A stretch of 63,963 bases of DNA, filler included, from Atractiella rhizophila (taxonomy: Eukaryota): NCBI GenBank assembly GCA_021432655.1. It is 4 parts of 4 records of this genome, joined end to end, with 100 filler letters (N's around TTAATTAATTAA, not from the genome) between each part and the next. Parts side by side here need not be neighbours in the genome. Positions count along the whole stretch, not along the records: positions 1 to 20,716 come from MU271807.1; 3 more parts are not named here. One strand, given 5' to 3'. The position numbers were made by a program, and so were the translations under genes. Below are positions 1-11,879 of this stretch, piece after piece; position 1 is the stretch's first letter, and every line of letters starts with the position of its first letter. The notes under the pieces were generated by a model that saw only the letters and a list, made by a program, of their open reading frames with translations, made no database searches and was not told the origin of the DNA.

Positions 1-1040
1 TATGCATATCGCTGCCTAATCTGTCTTCCCTCGACTTGTACGACCTGTACCCCTGGATGGTGGAAGTTGAAGATTCGAAACTTGCATATTTGGGAAAATT
101 AAGGCAACTCAAAGAAGTGCGCATCTTCGCTTTTGAGGACGAAGACGGGCTTGGGATGGCAGGTGCTGCGTTCGTGGAGATGATTCTTCGCCACTGCCCT
201 TACGTGGAACGTCTCTGGACACTTGGAGAAAGCTGGATGAAACGAGGCTGGCACAGCACCGCAGAGGAAGAGGAGCAAAGGCATGAGAAGCGGTCTTGGG
301 TTCGGCCGCAGAAGCATCTAGATTATCACTCAGAGCATCGCACCCTCCCCCAAAACGACGTCGCTTTTCCGTCCTCTCTGAGCGAACTCTACATGTCTAC
401 CGATGACATTTGGGACAGTTTCGCGGCTCTCAATATCTTCGCTAATTCTTGTGAGAAAACTTACCCAATTCCTGCTCTCAGGGTTCTCGAAGTTGGAGCA
501 GGCTTTGAATGTTTCGAGGATGAGTTCCCAATAAACTATCTTCCACAGATATTGTCGTCACTCTCGTCTTCATTGGAGATCCTTCGACTGTGCGCTCATG
601 GGTTCACAATCTCAGCCGAAATCTACAAGGCGCTCCCCTTATGTTCACGTCTAAAAGCCCTTGAGCTGAAAGATACTGGAATTAAAGACTGGAAGCCACC
701 GGAATCGACCGGTTTCTTCATCGCAACACTGGAAGAACTCACGATCAACACTCATGGCAGCTTCTTATGTGGCCCCTACGATTCGGACTCAGGCTATAGT
801 GTAGAATTATGGGTTGAAACACTTGAAAGGATGGGAGCTGGAAATCTGGCATTGAAGAAATTTGCTCTCAACAATTCCACATACCAACATGCACTTTTTA
901 CGACCAGGATGTCGGGAAAGAAACAAAAGAGGAGAAATCAGAGATTGGATATTATCCTCAATAAAATTGGAGCAGAGTTACATCTCTTCAGTCCGAGTGA
1001 GGAGGACTTCGGATTGGGGAGTTGGTCTCTCAAACTGTAG
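1..1040 (+). CDS. Fungal LRR/RNI-like (F-box-associated type) protein, 3' part; gene starts upstream of window
   Basis: 334-aa ORF with repeated LxxLxL motifs (LRVLEV, LEILRL, LKALEL, LEELTI); no ATG start visible in window. Confidence 0.45.
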   Translation, partial: CISLPNLSSLDLYDLYPWMVEVEDSKLAYLGKLRQLKEVRIFAFEDEDGLGMAGAAFVEMILRHCPYVERLWTLGESWMKRGWHSTAEEEEQRHEKRSWVRPQKHLDYHSEHRTLPQNDVAFPSSLSELYMSTDDIWDSFAALNIFANSCEKTYPIPALRVLEVGAGFECFEDEFPINYLPQILSSLSSSLEILRLCAHGFTISAEIYKALPLCSRLKALELKDTGIKDWKPPESTGFFIATLEELTINTHGSFLCGPYDSDSGYSVELWVETLERMGAGNLALKKFALNNSTYQHALFTTRMSGKKQKRRNQRLDIILNKIGAELHLFSPSEEDFGLGSWSLKL

Positions 1041-1169
1041 TTTTATTCAGGACAGACGTAGACTATTGGTTATCTCTTTCGACATTTAATCGCCTATAAT
1101 TTTTACAGTTTGATCAGTACTCCTACCTCTTTACCAATGATACTTCTAACTATTACATGCCCCCAGCGG

Positions 1170-2342
1170 TCATTCGTTTTCTGCACCGAGAAGTAAAGTC
1201 TTGAGATTCTGGTTGAATCTCTTCTTCCCCTCGTCTTTCTTACACTCCTCCACTCTCGCCAACAAGCTACCTTTCGCAGCCTCGTACTCCCTCGTCATCT
1301 CCTCGATTGTGTTCCTAAATTCCTGCTGAGCCTTATCCATGTCAGCATAGTATTCAGACACAAGGCTCTTTTTAGTAATCTCGATGTCAGATATTTTCGA
1401 ACGAAGGATAGACTGAGTTTCCTATAAAGCGCACAATATGATCAGCGCGTCGAAAAGAGGGGGTTGAAGAATCAACGAACCATGTCAGTCCTTACTTTGG
1501 CAACGATTTGAGAAACTAATTTCTTCAGTTGCGTAACATTCTGGTCTCGCGACTGTTGAGCATTCGTAATCTTTTCCCTTAGAAACCTATAATCAGAGAC
1601 GGCTATTCTTTGAGAGGACACATACAAAAGAGTCTCATTTAAGGAGCCGTAGCCGTCATCTAAAACCTGGAATATGCCTTTTAAATCTTCGTGATAACGA
1701 TCTCGAATCCTTTTCAGTACATCATCCCACATTCCGTCAATTGGACCTTACCTTCTTCCATCAGCACAGGGGAAGAAGCAGAGTGGCCGGAAAAACGGAC
1801 CTTGTATATCAGCCTGGGATATAGGTGGGTCTTCATCGTCGTATTCTGAGTTCCCTTTAGGACTAGCAAAGGAAGGGTAGTGGACTCTCTGAGGAAACGA
1901 AAAAACACACCCCATCCTCGTTGCCATCCCGATCCCGCTATCCATCTCATCCCAAAGCTCATCCTCTTCATCCTCCCACTCGTCCTCTTCATCATACTCC
2001 ATTCTTCTCTTGTCCTTCGTGGTGCTCAATTGCTGAAGAGGTGAAGATGTGACCGCGTAGACATTCTCAGATACACCACCTTCACACACAGTCCATTTCA
2101 AGAATTCGTGCAACAGAATACTACCACGCACGAGATATGCCTCTGGAATGTTCGAAATTAATACCTGAGAGGCCAGAAACATTTTTTCGCGTCTTCAACG
2201 CGCTTTCTCCGTCACTAAGCAGTCCACGCGACTTTTGCAGGTTCCTCAGCTTCATGACGGTTGTGGACTGATCTTCGAGAACTTTTGAATGACGCCCATT
2301 TCCACGGTACTTGGAAAGACGAAGTGCTGAGAGGTTCTCCAT
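1170..2342 (-). CDS. Hypothetical multi-exon protein with acidic tract and coiled-coil C-terminus
   Basis: Consecutive minus ORFs (2121-2426, 1748-2182, 1472-1732, 1170-1361) with intron-like gaps; possible frameshift near 2180; no family recognised. Confidence 0.4.
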
Positions 2343-4195
2343 GGTCGTTTCAGGGGGCTGCCGCTGAAATAAATTAACGGTCCAGACGCGCAAGAATTGA
2401 CGCACGTGCATGAATACTCTCAACAATTCCTCCCTTCGTTGTGTTTAGAATAAGAGAATCTGTGGTATCATTATTGGATTCGGCTGGATCAGTGGTGCGT
2501 ATTAAATAGTGATCAATAATATGAATTCATTCACAACGTGGTATCTAATAAATTCTCGCATAGTCGTTTCCAATATTTCACCTCATATCCTGGATTTATT
2601 ACTCCGATAATGCTAATGCACCTTCTAGCCACCCAGCATCCTCAACGCGTTCTTCAGCTCCTTCCTCGCAGTCTCAAAATCCTCATAATCCAGTGCGCTA
2701 ATCGCCCACTTCGCATGCTTCTGAACCTTAGCTATCTCCATAGGCGTCATTTCCGTCACTAAAGGGCCCGTTTCCTCCTGTACATGCTGAACATTCCTTT
2801 GTTGTACCAGAGATGGTCCATCGGTTTTCGGGGGAAGCGTAGGCGCTCGTTGAGGGATCGGGGCAGCAGGTGCAGGGTGTACATAGGTTGGGTAGGACGG
2901 GCGAACCGGGGGTGGTGAAACAGGGGGAGGACTGGAATATGCCTTTTAAATCTTCGTGATAACGATCTCGAATCCTTTTCAGTACATCATCCCACATTCC
3001 GTCAATTGGACCTTACCTTCTTCCATCAGCACAGGGGAAGAAGCAGAGTGGCCGGAAAAACGGACCTTGTATATCAGCCTGGGATATAGGTGGGTCTTCA
3101 TCGTCGTATTCTGAGTTCCCTTTAGGACTAGCAAAGGAAGGGTAGTGGACTCTCTGAGGAAACGAAAAGACACACCCCATCCTCGTCGCCATCCCGATCC
3201 CGCTATCCATCTCATCCCAAAGCTCATCCTCTTCATCCTCCCACTCGTCCTCTTCATCATACTCCATTCTTCTCTTGTCCTTCGTGGTGCTCAATTGCTG
3301 AAGAGGTGAAGATGTGACCGCGTAGACATTCTCAGATACACCACCTTCACACACAGTCCATTTCAAGAATTCGTGCAACAGAATACTACCACGCACGAGA
3401 TATGCCTCTGGAATGTTCGAAATTAATACCTGAGAGGCCAGAAACATTTTTTCGCGTCTTCAACGCGCTTTCTCCGTCACTAAGCAGTCCACGCGACTTT
3501 TGCAGGTTCCTCAGCTTCATGACGGTTGTGGACTGATCTTCGAGAACTTTTGAATGACGCCCATTTCCACGGTACTTGGAAAGACGAAGTGCTGAGAGGT
3601 TCTCCATGGTCGTTTCAGGGGGCTGCCGCTGAAATAAATTAACGGTCCAGACGCGCAAGAATTGACGCACGTGCATGAATACTCTCAACAATTCCTCCCT
3701 TCGTTGTGTTTAGAATAAGAGAATCTGTGGTATCATTATTGGATTCGGCTGGATCAGTGGTGCGTATTAAATAGTGATCAATAATATGAATTCATTCACA
3801 ACGTGGTATCTAATAAATTCTCGCATAGTCGTTTCCTACATTTCACCTCATATCCTGGATTTATTACTCCGATAATGCTAATGCACCTTCTAACCACCCA
3901 ACATCCTCAACGCGTTCTTCAGCTCTTTCCTCGCAGTCTCAAAATCCTCATAATCCAGTGCGCTAATCGCCCACTTCGCATGCTTCTGAACCTTAGCTAT
4001 CTCCATAGGCGTCATTTCCGTCACCAAAGGCCCCGTTTCCTCCTGTACGTGCTGAACATTCCTTTGTTGTACCAGAGATGGTCCAGCGGTTTTCGGGGGG
4101 AGCGTAGGGGCTCGTTGAAGGATCGGGGCAGCAGGTGCAGGGTGTACATAGGTTGGGTAGGACGGGCGAACCGGGGGTGGTGAAACAGGGGGAGG
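1667..4195. repeat. Tandem duplication, 1265-bp period (1667-2930 / 2932-4195)
   Basis: Identical ORFs at offset 1265 (1748-2182 vs 3013-3447); single non-matching A at junction 2931. Confidence 0.95.
2625..2930 (-). pseudogene. VTA1: Duplicated 3' fragment of VTA1
   Basis: Near-identical to 3890-4195 (Vta1 C-terminal domain) with scattered substitutions; lacks the rest of the gene. Confidence 0.8.
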
Positions 4196-5480
4196 GGAAT
4201 ACGCTGAGGATGGTGGTGGAGATGGAAGAGAAGGAGGAAGAGGCGGAGAAGGAAGAGATCGTGGCTGAGGAGGCGGGGTGATGGCAACTTGAGGCAGATC
4301 CGGCGCGCTGGGAACCGAGATGAAGCCATTTGGATCAGGTTCCTCTTCAGCAGGAGCAGAAGGTTTGTCCTTCTCTTTTCCGAGGAAGAGAGATTGGGAC
4401 GTCTCGAACGCACTGTCGAATTTCGGGGAGTAGAAGGGAGAGGAAGGGCGGAGCTCAAGAACGGGAGGGGTGGCGGAGGTGGTGGAAGAGTAAGACTTGG
4501 GACGCTCCTTGAGATTGGGACGCAGAATCTCTTCTATTTCCGCTCCTTCGTCATCTTCCTCAACCTCCCGTCCGTGTTCCTGAAAGCCCAGCGATTGTAG
4601 TTCTTGTCGCAAAGATGCTTCTTCTTCCTTCGAGATGATGACACCGTCAATACCTCCTTCTTCAACAGGCTCGGGCTCGAGAGCGGGAGGTTGCCATCCT
4701 GGTGGACCAGGAGCTGGTACCCGTCCCTCTCGCAAAGCTTTGGAGATGTCGGAAGCCTTCCATTTCGAATATTTAATCTTGTCCGCATCCTACAGACAAG
4801 TCACTCCATGAGCAAGAGCTATCGTATGGCATCAACGAAGAGGATGCTTACGTCAGAAGAGGTTTGATTGAAGATTGCGAGAAGTTCAAAGAAATTTGCA
4901 GCAGCAAGAAAAGATTTCGCTGTTCCTCTAAAAGATGCACGATGAGCTATGTTGTAACTGCAAGAGGGGCAAACAAACGTACCTGCTCGCTTTCCCCGAT
5001 CTATCCTCATTGTCCGCCGTCAAGAAGATCTTGAGTGCGAAGCTACGAATGTAAGCCGCCGCGATGGCGTCGTCCCCAAAGAGCTGTATTCATCGTCAAA
5101 TCTCGACCTAAACACTAGCAATACAAGCCTACAGGATCGTCACCCGCCTGTGTTTTCATCTACGCCAATTGGATGTCACATCATACCCTAATTCCCAACA
5201 CCATAAGAATGAATAAGACACACCTCCTCTAACCCATCCATCAAGCTCATCAGAAACTTCCGGCTTTCCACTTCAGTAGGTTTTAAGGCCATGGCGACCT
5301 GTACAGCATGGTAGCTACCTATCTATCTTCCATTTCAGCCATTCTTTCTAAGATATGTGCTGGAAAGAAGCAGGGACACGCACACCAATACGAGATGGCT
5401 GGTTCACGCTGCTTCAGTTCGCTCGCTCGCTGGAGAAACGGTGTTATTGCTCGCAGCTCGGCAGGGGCATTGGACGCCAT
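3890..5480 (-). CDS. VTA1: Vps4-associated ESCRT protein Vta1 (MIT domains, Pro-rich linker, VSL domain), multi-exon
   Basis: N-term MASNAPAELRAITPFLQRASELKQREPAISYWC; TAKSFLAAANFFELL; C-term IAKVQKHAKWAISALDYEDFETARKELKNALRML. Confidence 0.92.
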
Positions 5481-5665
5481 GACAGAGAACCGAACGCAGG
5501 ATGGAATGTCCTTGGGAATATTAGCACCTCTCACAACGGAACAAAGGCTCGTCAAGTCAATGCGGTCGGATTCACATTGCTGAATATTCACGTGATCGAA
5601 GCTCCGTTCGCCACGAACTCTTCCTTACGACGGGACCCTTACAGACACGACGAAACAGAGAAGAA

Positions 5666-6757
5666 ATGGTGCCTATGGAATGGAGGAGTTATGGATGGGT
5701 ACAACCGGTGATAATCGATATCTCAGACAGCGAAGCAGAGGAGGACGAGGTACGCTATTTCTTCTCATTGTTGGGATATGCGATCAATTGTCACTTCTCA
5801 GGAGCAATATGTAGTGCGCTTCGCGTTCGATGTGTGTGTGATTGTTGCTCAATAGCTCGCTCCCTAAGGTGGCCAAAACTTCGCCTTTACATTCTCATTC
5901 GTTCCTGGCAGTCGAGAAACTACTGGAAAAAGTGAGCTATTGGCTTCACGGGGTCTGAGGTTGATTCTTTTACAGCGTCCGATAGCAGCACCTGCGTTCT
6001 ATGACAGGTCTAAGAGTCCCACCACTTTCACTCCCGTTTGCTCTCACTTTACTTGCCCGCCACCTCTCTAACTATGGTCCAGAAGACGTCGTCTCCGCCG
6101 CCTATCGACCAAGGACGGGAAGACGACCTCAGGAATAGGCTTTTGAAGAGAAAACGCACGACAGACGAGGTCTCGAAATTACCAAAGGAGAAGGAAGGAA
6201 CTTCTCATTCTCTTCCAACTCCACGGCCCAGTCCAACACCCGCTCCAGTTCCAACAATGAGTGAAAGTTCTATGCCATGTTTCACTTCTTCTTCTTCTCC
6301 AAACATTCTATTCCCCTCCCTTCTCTGCTTGTTACTGACTAATCTGCCTCCCCATACATCTCTTTCCGAACTCTGGCTTTTCCTCCATCCTCGTCCTTTC
6401 GCTCTTCAACTTTCCTCTTCTCTTCAAGTCGCCGTATTTTATTCGCTTGAGGACGACTTTCAGACCTGTTTACAAAATCTGCGGGAGAGAAAGAGATATC
6501 CGAAGAGTGAGATTGAGATGTGTTATGAGCAAGTGACCCGGGAACAGATTGCCTTTGCTTTTCCGCCACTCTCGAAGGACGACTGTTGGCTTGCTGACCA
6601 GGTTTCCCCTCCATCCATTCCAGCCGGGAAGAAGAGGAAAGCGAGCGAAGACAGCGAGAGGCTTCTTAATTCCGTCATGCGACCGAAGCTTGATATGGCT
6701 CATAGGCGGGAGATAAATGTCACAGTCAATCGCCAACCTGGTTCACTCATCACATAG
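5666..6757 (+). CDS. Hypothetical multi-exon protein, divergent from VTA1
   Basis: First exon VIIDISDSEAEEDE followed by GTACGC donor; 239-aa downstream ORF with basic NLS-like motifs; no family recognised. Confidence 0.4.
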
Positions 6758-6955
6758 GTGCCAGGCTTTCGTACTTTTTTTAGCTTCTCAGTCACAGCAT
6801 TCTCCTTTGTTTCTTGCCTCTTGGTGCCTTTCCTTCGACATGTCTAAATACACAGTAATCAATGGGTTTATTCTATATGAGCTTGGAAGTACACTGAACA
6901 CGAAGGATATGAGGATTGGATGCAAATAAGATAAAAGCTTGAGCTGTGTAGACAG

Positions 6956-9900
6956 CTACATTTCATGAGCCTGAAGACGCTCGCCCCTCGCATTCAAACC
7001 GAACAGATACGCCACTTGTCTCGCCGACATTTTGCCCAGCTTTGTACCTTTCCCCTCCCCAAGACTATGATCAGTTAGAGCTTGCTTCTGTTCTTGGATA
7101 GCGAGCATCCGCTGTTCTACAGTGTTGGCGATTTGGGGTCGGTGAATAAACACCTCTCGCTCCTGTCCAATGCCTGAAAGCAGATCTCATCAATCGACAG
7201 CAATGTTGGGCAAACCGGGGCTTACGATGGACCCGATCAAACGCTTGCGCTTCTGTGGCTGGAGACCAGGCAAAATCAAGGGAGATGACGCGATTCGCTC
7301 GACGAAGATTGAGTCCAACCCCGCCTGCGATGAGAAACTTAAAACACCAGAAAGAACCAAGCGAGTTTTCCTTACCAGCTTTTAAGGACATGAGCATTAT
7401 CATTACCCTCTTGGATTCTTGAAACTTGAGAACCGCAGCATCCCTTTCCTTCGCATCCATCGAACCAATATATTGGACATGTGCCATGTTGTGCTCATCC
7501 AAGTATTGAGAGACTAGCTCCAAGTTTTGGACAAATTGAGAAATAATGATGACCTTCTGATCGGGAAAGCGTTCACTCCAATCTAGCAGGTGAGACATCA
7601 TCCACTGCATCTATTTTTCGAGCATGAACAGCTACCTAATCAAGAGGAGAAGAAACCTACTTTGGTAGATGGCATGAACTTCGAGACAGGTACCTCCTCA
7701 ACGGTCTCTTCGTCATCATCTTTATCCTGTTCCATGAAGGCAGCTACATCGAAGCAGCGATCTTTCGAAATCTTCTGTCTACACATCGGACAATCGTTCT
7801 CATTTGGATTATATCCCTCCTTAGGATTCGCGAAATAGGTGTCGATACAGATGTTACAGAACTAGGAGAGATCAGCTAGAAATCAGCTTGGCTAAGGAAG
7901 TGGCATACCACATGTTTGCACTCCGTCACCTTTGCCAGGATCATCATGTCTGCACAAATCTGTTTGCAATCAGAAGATGACACAAGGGAACGACATCAAG
8001 CTCAAAACTCACGGGACACTCATCAGCGATTTCTTCTTCTGCAGCGTCGTTCTTTTCCGCCTTTTTCTTTGCCAGATGCTCCTTGTAATCATCGACCCAT
8101 TGCTGACCCAAGATCCTCGTAGCAGATGCAAGGTCGTTTCCATCATCTTTGCTGTTATTCTCAACCGCGCTTCCATTCACTTGGACCTAAGGTACCATCT
8201 TAGCATTCATCTCAGCTGAAGATGTTGCTCACCAGAGAAGGATGACAACACAGCTGCCGTAGCCTAAGCAGTAAGACTAAAACGTGTGCGTAATTCTTCA
8301 GGAGAGTTCCACGCTGTAATACTCTCAATCGGAGGAACAACCAAAATGAAGTTAAAAACGGCATACCTTCATGAACTTGTTGATCCTCTGCTGTGCGCGA
8401 GCTTCATAAGCATCGTAAATCTCCCTCTCCTCTGGGGAGAACTCAAGTGTCTCGTTAACGATTGTTTTAGATGGCAGATCTTCAAGAATCGGGACACCGT
8501 CGATCTTGCTGTCCTTCGCCCTACGGATCATGACGTCTTTGAGGATCGCTTGAAGACGGTTTGCAGCTTCTGCGACCCTCTTGCTGTTCTTTGCTTTCGA
8601 TGGCTTGACTAAGAAACGATGAGATCATTAAGCGTATCTTGCAAGAGAACCACGAGTGCATACCGACGTGATTGTTGAACTCAGCCCAGTCGCTCCACGG
8701 AGTGACTCTCAGGAATCTGAGATAAGAGTAGCAATCGGCCTAAAATCAATGAAAAAATGTAAAACACAAATCTCAGTCGCACGAACCAGATAATTAGTGA
8801 TCGGCGTTCCTTTTCAAGGTCATTGAGAGTCAGCGACAGTGGACAAACGATGAGAAGACATACCAGTCAACACCCATCGATGCTCAGCTTCAAGCTGAAA
8901 ACACGCTCGCGCCACCTTGGTGCCTAATGGGCAACTATTTGTTAGTTCAGGAGAAGCGAACGAGGGAGGACTGCATACTCCGAGTCCTGATTGCTTGAGC
9001 CTCATCGAGAATAACGCGGAACCATTCGATGTCAAACAGCCCCTTTCCCTCCTTGATTTCTTTGCCCTGGTCGAGCTTCTTCTTTCGTTCCAGTTCATCA
9101 TCGGGAGCGTCCAAGCAAAGTGTATGACTGTAGACCTCGTCAATAACTGTCCACTGGTGACCAATGTAAAGGAAAACATACTAGGTAGTTAAGACGATAT
9201 CGTATTGTTTTATTCTATTAGTTATTGGTTTCTCGCCTAGCTCGGAATGGTAGATTAAAATGTTGAAGTAGTTTCTCGCAGTGTTATTTGTCTGTCGTTT
9301 TGTTCACTTATTGAGATGGAAGGTATCAGGAGACGTACAATTTCTCGCCTCCATTGCTCCAATAATGCCAGAGGAGCAACAATCAGCGTTTGATTAGGTC
9401 CACCAGTAGGAGGGTTGAGGAGGATAGTAGCGAGGGATTGTATAGTCTATGGTCACTTCAGCATTACATCGTCGCAGACAGGAGGAGGCAACACACCTTC
9501 CCCAACCCCATGGCATCACACATCATACCTCCCGTTCCATTCCTCCGCCAATCCTTCTCTTTCTGCAGCATAAAATCCACACCCACAATCTGGTGCGGCA
9601 TGAGCTTGAGCGATGGCGTATGTTGGAGGACTGAAGATCTATGCGCAAGACCCAATCTGACGCGAGCTTCTTCCACCGACGCGGAACCTTCAAAGTTATC
9701 CGTCTCTATCGCTTTCACCACCATCTTCTTGAGCTCCACATCCGTCGGCACCGGTCCAACTCCAACTCCAACTCCTCCGCCATAAACACTGTTCCTATCT
9801 ACATCCTCATCTCTGATTGTAAATCCATTCATTGATGCGGTGAAATGCGGTTGCAGCTGTTGGCGAAAGAGCTCGTTCAAGTCGAACGCACCAGGAATGT

Positions 9901-10956
9901 GAAAAGCGGTCCCGAAAGGATCATAATCTGGTTGCTGGGGAATTGGAGGGATACGGACGCCAGAACCAGACGGAACAGCGTATGCGTTATTCCTATCAAA
10001 ATCCTCCCTCGCCGGTGGTGCTTCCTCCTCAACCTCCTCCGGTGGTAGAAGGGCAACGAGGTCGTTAGCGTGTGCCCCCAACTCCTGCACCAGCGCATTC
10101 CTCCTCTCTCGAATCTCCAACCATTCTTTCCTGAACCGATTGTACTGCGAATCGTTCGTGCTCACTCCGGAACGTCCTTGGGAGAAGATATCTACGAGCT
10201 CCCTCGCGTCTAGTTCCCGAGGAATGAGGTGTTCTAATTCTATCCTCTTGTTCTCGATTTGGGACGGGCTAAGATGGGAAGTGGTGGGAGGATGGAGGCG
10301 AGGACGCTTGTTGGAAGATGAGCTAGGACCGATGGAAGAGTCGAAGTCCACTAGAGAGTGGCGTTTATGACCAGTTACACCGCTATCGGAAGAACTGGGT
10401 GAGGAGGTAAGGTCGATGTAGCAGGGGTAACCTAAGGGAAGGTGGGTAGGTTGTACTTGACAATGACAGTATAATACGCACCTTGTCCGGCACTTGAAGT
10501 GTACTGCTCAGGTCTAAGCTGATCTTGTCTTGCCGGGAACAGCTGTTATCCCTCCACCACTCAACACTTGCCCATATGACTTATCGCAAGAGAACTCACG
10601 CCATGCACCATCCCCAAATGAAGTTGAAAGGCTTCTAAGCTGCCCACTCCATCACTGACACCACCGTCCGGTACGTCTCTTCTCCTCAATGCGCTGAAAG
10701 ACGTAAAACAATCCAAGCACACAATCTCTCCAAGTCGATATTCTCCCGATCCAAACTCAAAGAGAAAGTTGGACGCGTTTGGATACAACGCCAAGTGGTC
10801 CCTAGGAATCATGTCGATGAACGTGAGGTTCCAACCAAGGAGAACGTACCGTAGAATGGCGAGGTAAGGCGCGGGTAAAGGTGTGGTAAAGTCACTTTCG
10901 TCTTTGGAAAGTGTGCGTAACGCGATACTTCGCAGGTAGTGATCTGGTATGCTCAT
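6956..10956 (-). CDS. SNF2-family helicase with RING finger (Rad5/Rad16/Uls1-Ris1 group), multi-exon
   Basis: LMPHQIVGV, CDAMGLGK (Walker A), LIVAPLALLEQW, YDIVLTTY, HRWVLTG, ECPV..RING cysteines, KVIIISQF, MSLKAG, GVGLNL, AQAFDRVHR; N-terminal CxxC..H..H exon at 10561-10956. Confidence 0.9.
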
Positions 10957-11584
10957 GTTGGCTGTGGAGAGTGAGGACTACTGGAACTCCTTAAATAAAT
11001 AACTGGAGGCAGAAGGGCAAAAGACTTGGACAGCGTCACGTGGTCGTGTTCAAGATTCGCGTCTGTCGCGCATCGCGTTCATCGCGTTCAGCGTTTAACT
11101 CTCTCCTCTGGAGGCCACGGGCATGTCATTATCCCAAATTATGCATGCCAGATTATGCTGAACTTGAACTCACTCCTGAACGTTGGACTTGACCTTGAGA
11201 TGAACGTTTGCATGGAGATTGACATCATGAACAACACGACTGATCTTGTCAATACGCGTCTGCTCGTTTTGTTTACTCGCTTTACTTCTGTTTGGTGGCT
11301 GATTTGAATTTGATGGGTGATGGCTGGACGTTTAAAACCTCCCCATCTTAATGGCAGGATAAAGTCACCTCAAATCTGGCGTTGAGGACGAATGTTTGGA
11401 AACGGTCGACGCTTGTGCCCACCGAATTAACGACGTGGAACAGCGTTCATTAACGTTCATTCGAGACCGGAAGTATGAAGAGGGTGGTCGGCGAAGAAAT
11501 GAGCCACAGTAGAGTGCGAAGTGGAACGTAGTGTACATCGTTGAAATCGGCATTACAATCCAGAAAAGAATAGTTACTTCAACC

Positions 11585-11879
11585 TCAACTGTTCCTCTCC
11601 CCTTCCTCTTCCTTCCTTATTCGTTCTCTGGCGACCATCAACGCCTTTCCCAGAAGATTACTTCCCCATCCTTCCCTCTTTCCCTCCTTCCAGTCCTTCA
11701 ACCCTTTCTTCTCTCCATATCCGATTCCCCAAATCCTATCCCTCGGACTCGCCTTCAATGACCCCTAATCAGCTCATTCTCACCTGATCGAAAGAAAGAG
11801 AAGCACCTCGATAAGCTCCCGATCTCCAGTTGCCAACAGCTTCTCCTTCATAGCTGCCGTCGATGTATACTTCCAATAG
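11585..11879 (-). pseudogene. C-terminal half of NADAR (YbiA-like) gene, separated from its N-terminal half
   Basis: YWKYTSTAAMKEKLLATGDRELIE|intron|ASPRDRIWGIG...WGSNLLGKALMVARERI, the conserved NADAR C-terminal motifs; stop at 11585-11587. Confidence 0.9.
11859..11879. repeat. 21-bp direct repeat copy 1 (GTCGATGTATACTTCCAATAG); copy 2 at 15747-15767
   Basis: Exact 21-bp match at both ends of the segment that interrupts the NADAR gene. Confidence 0.95.
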
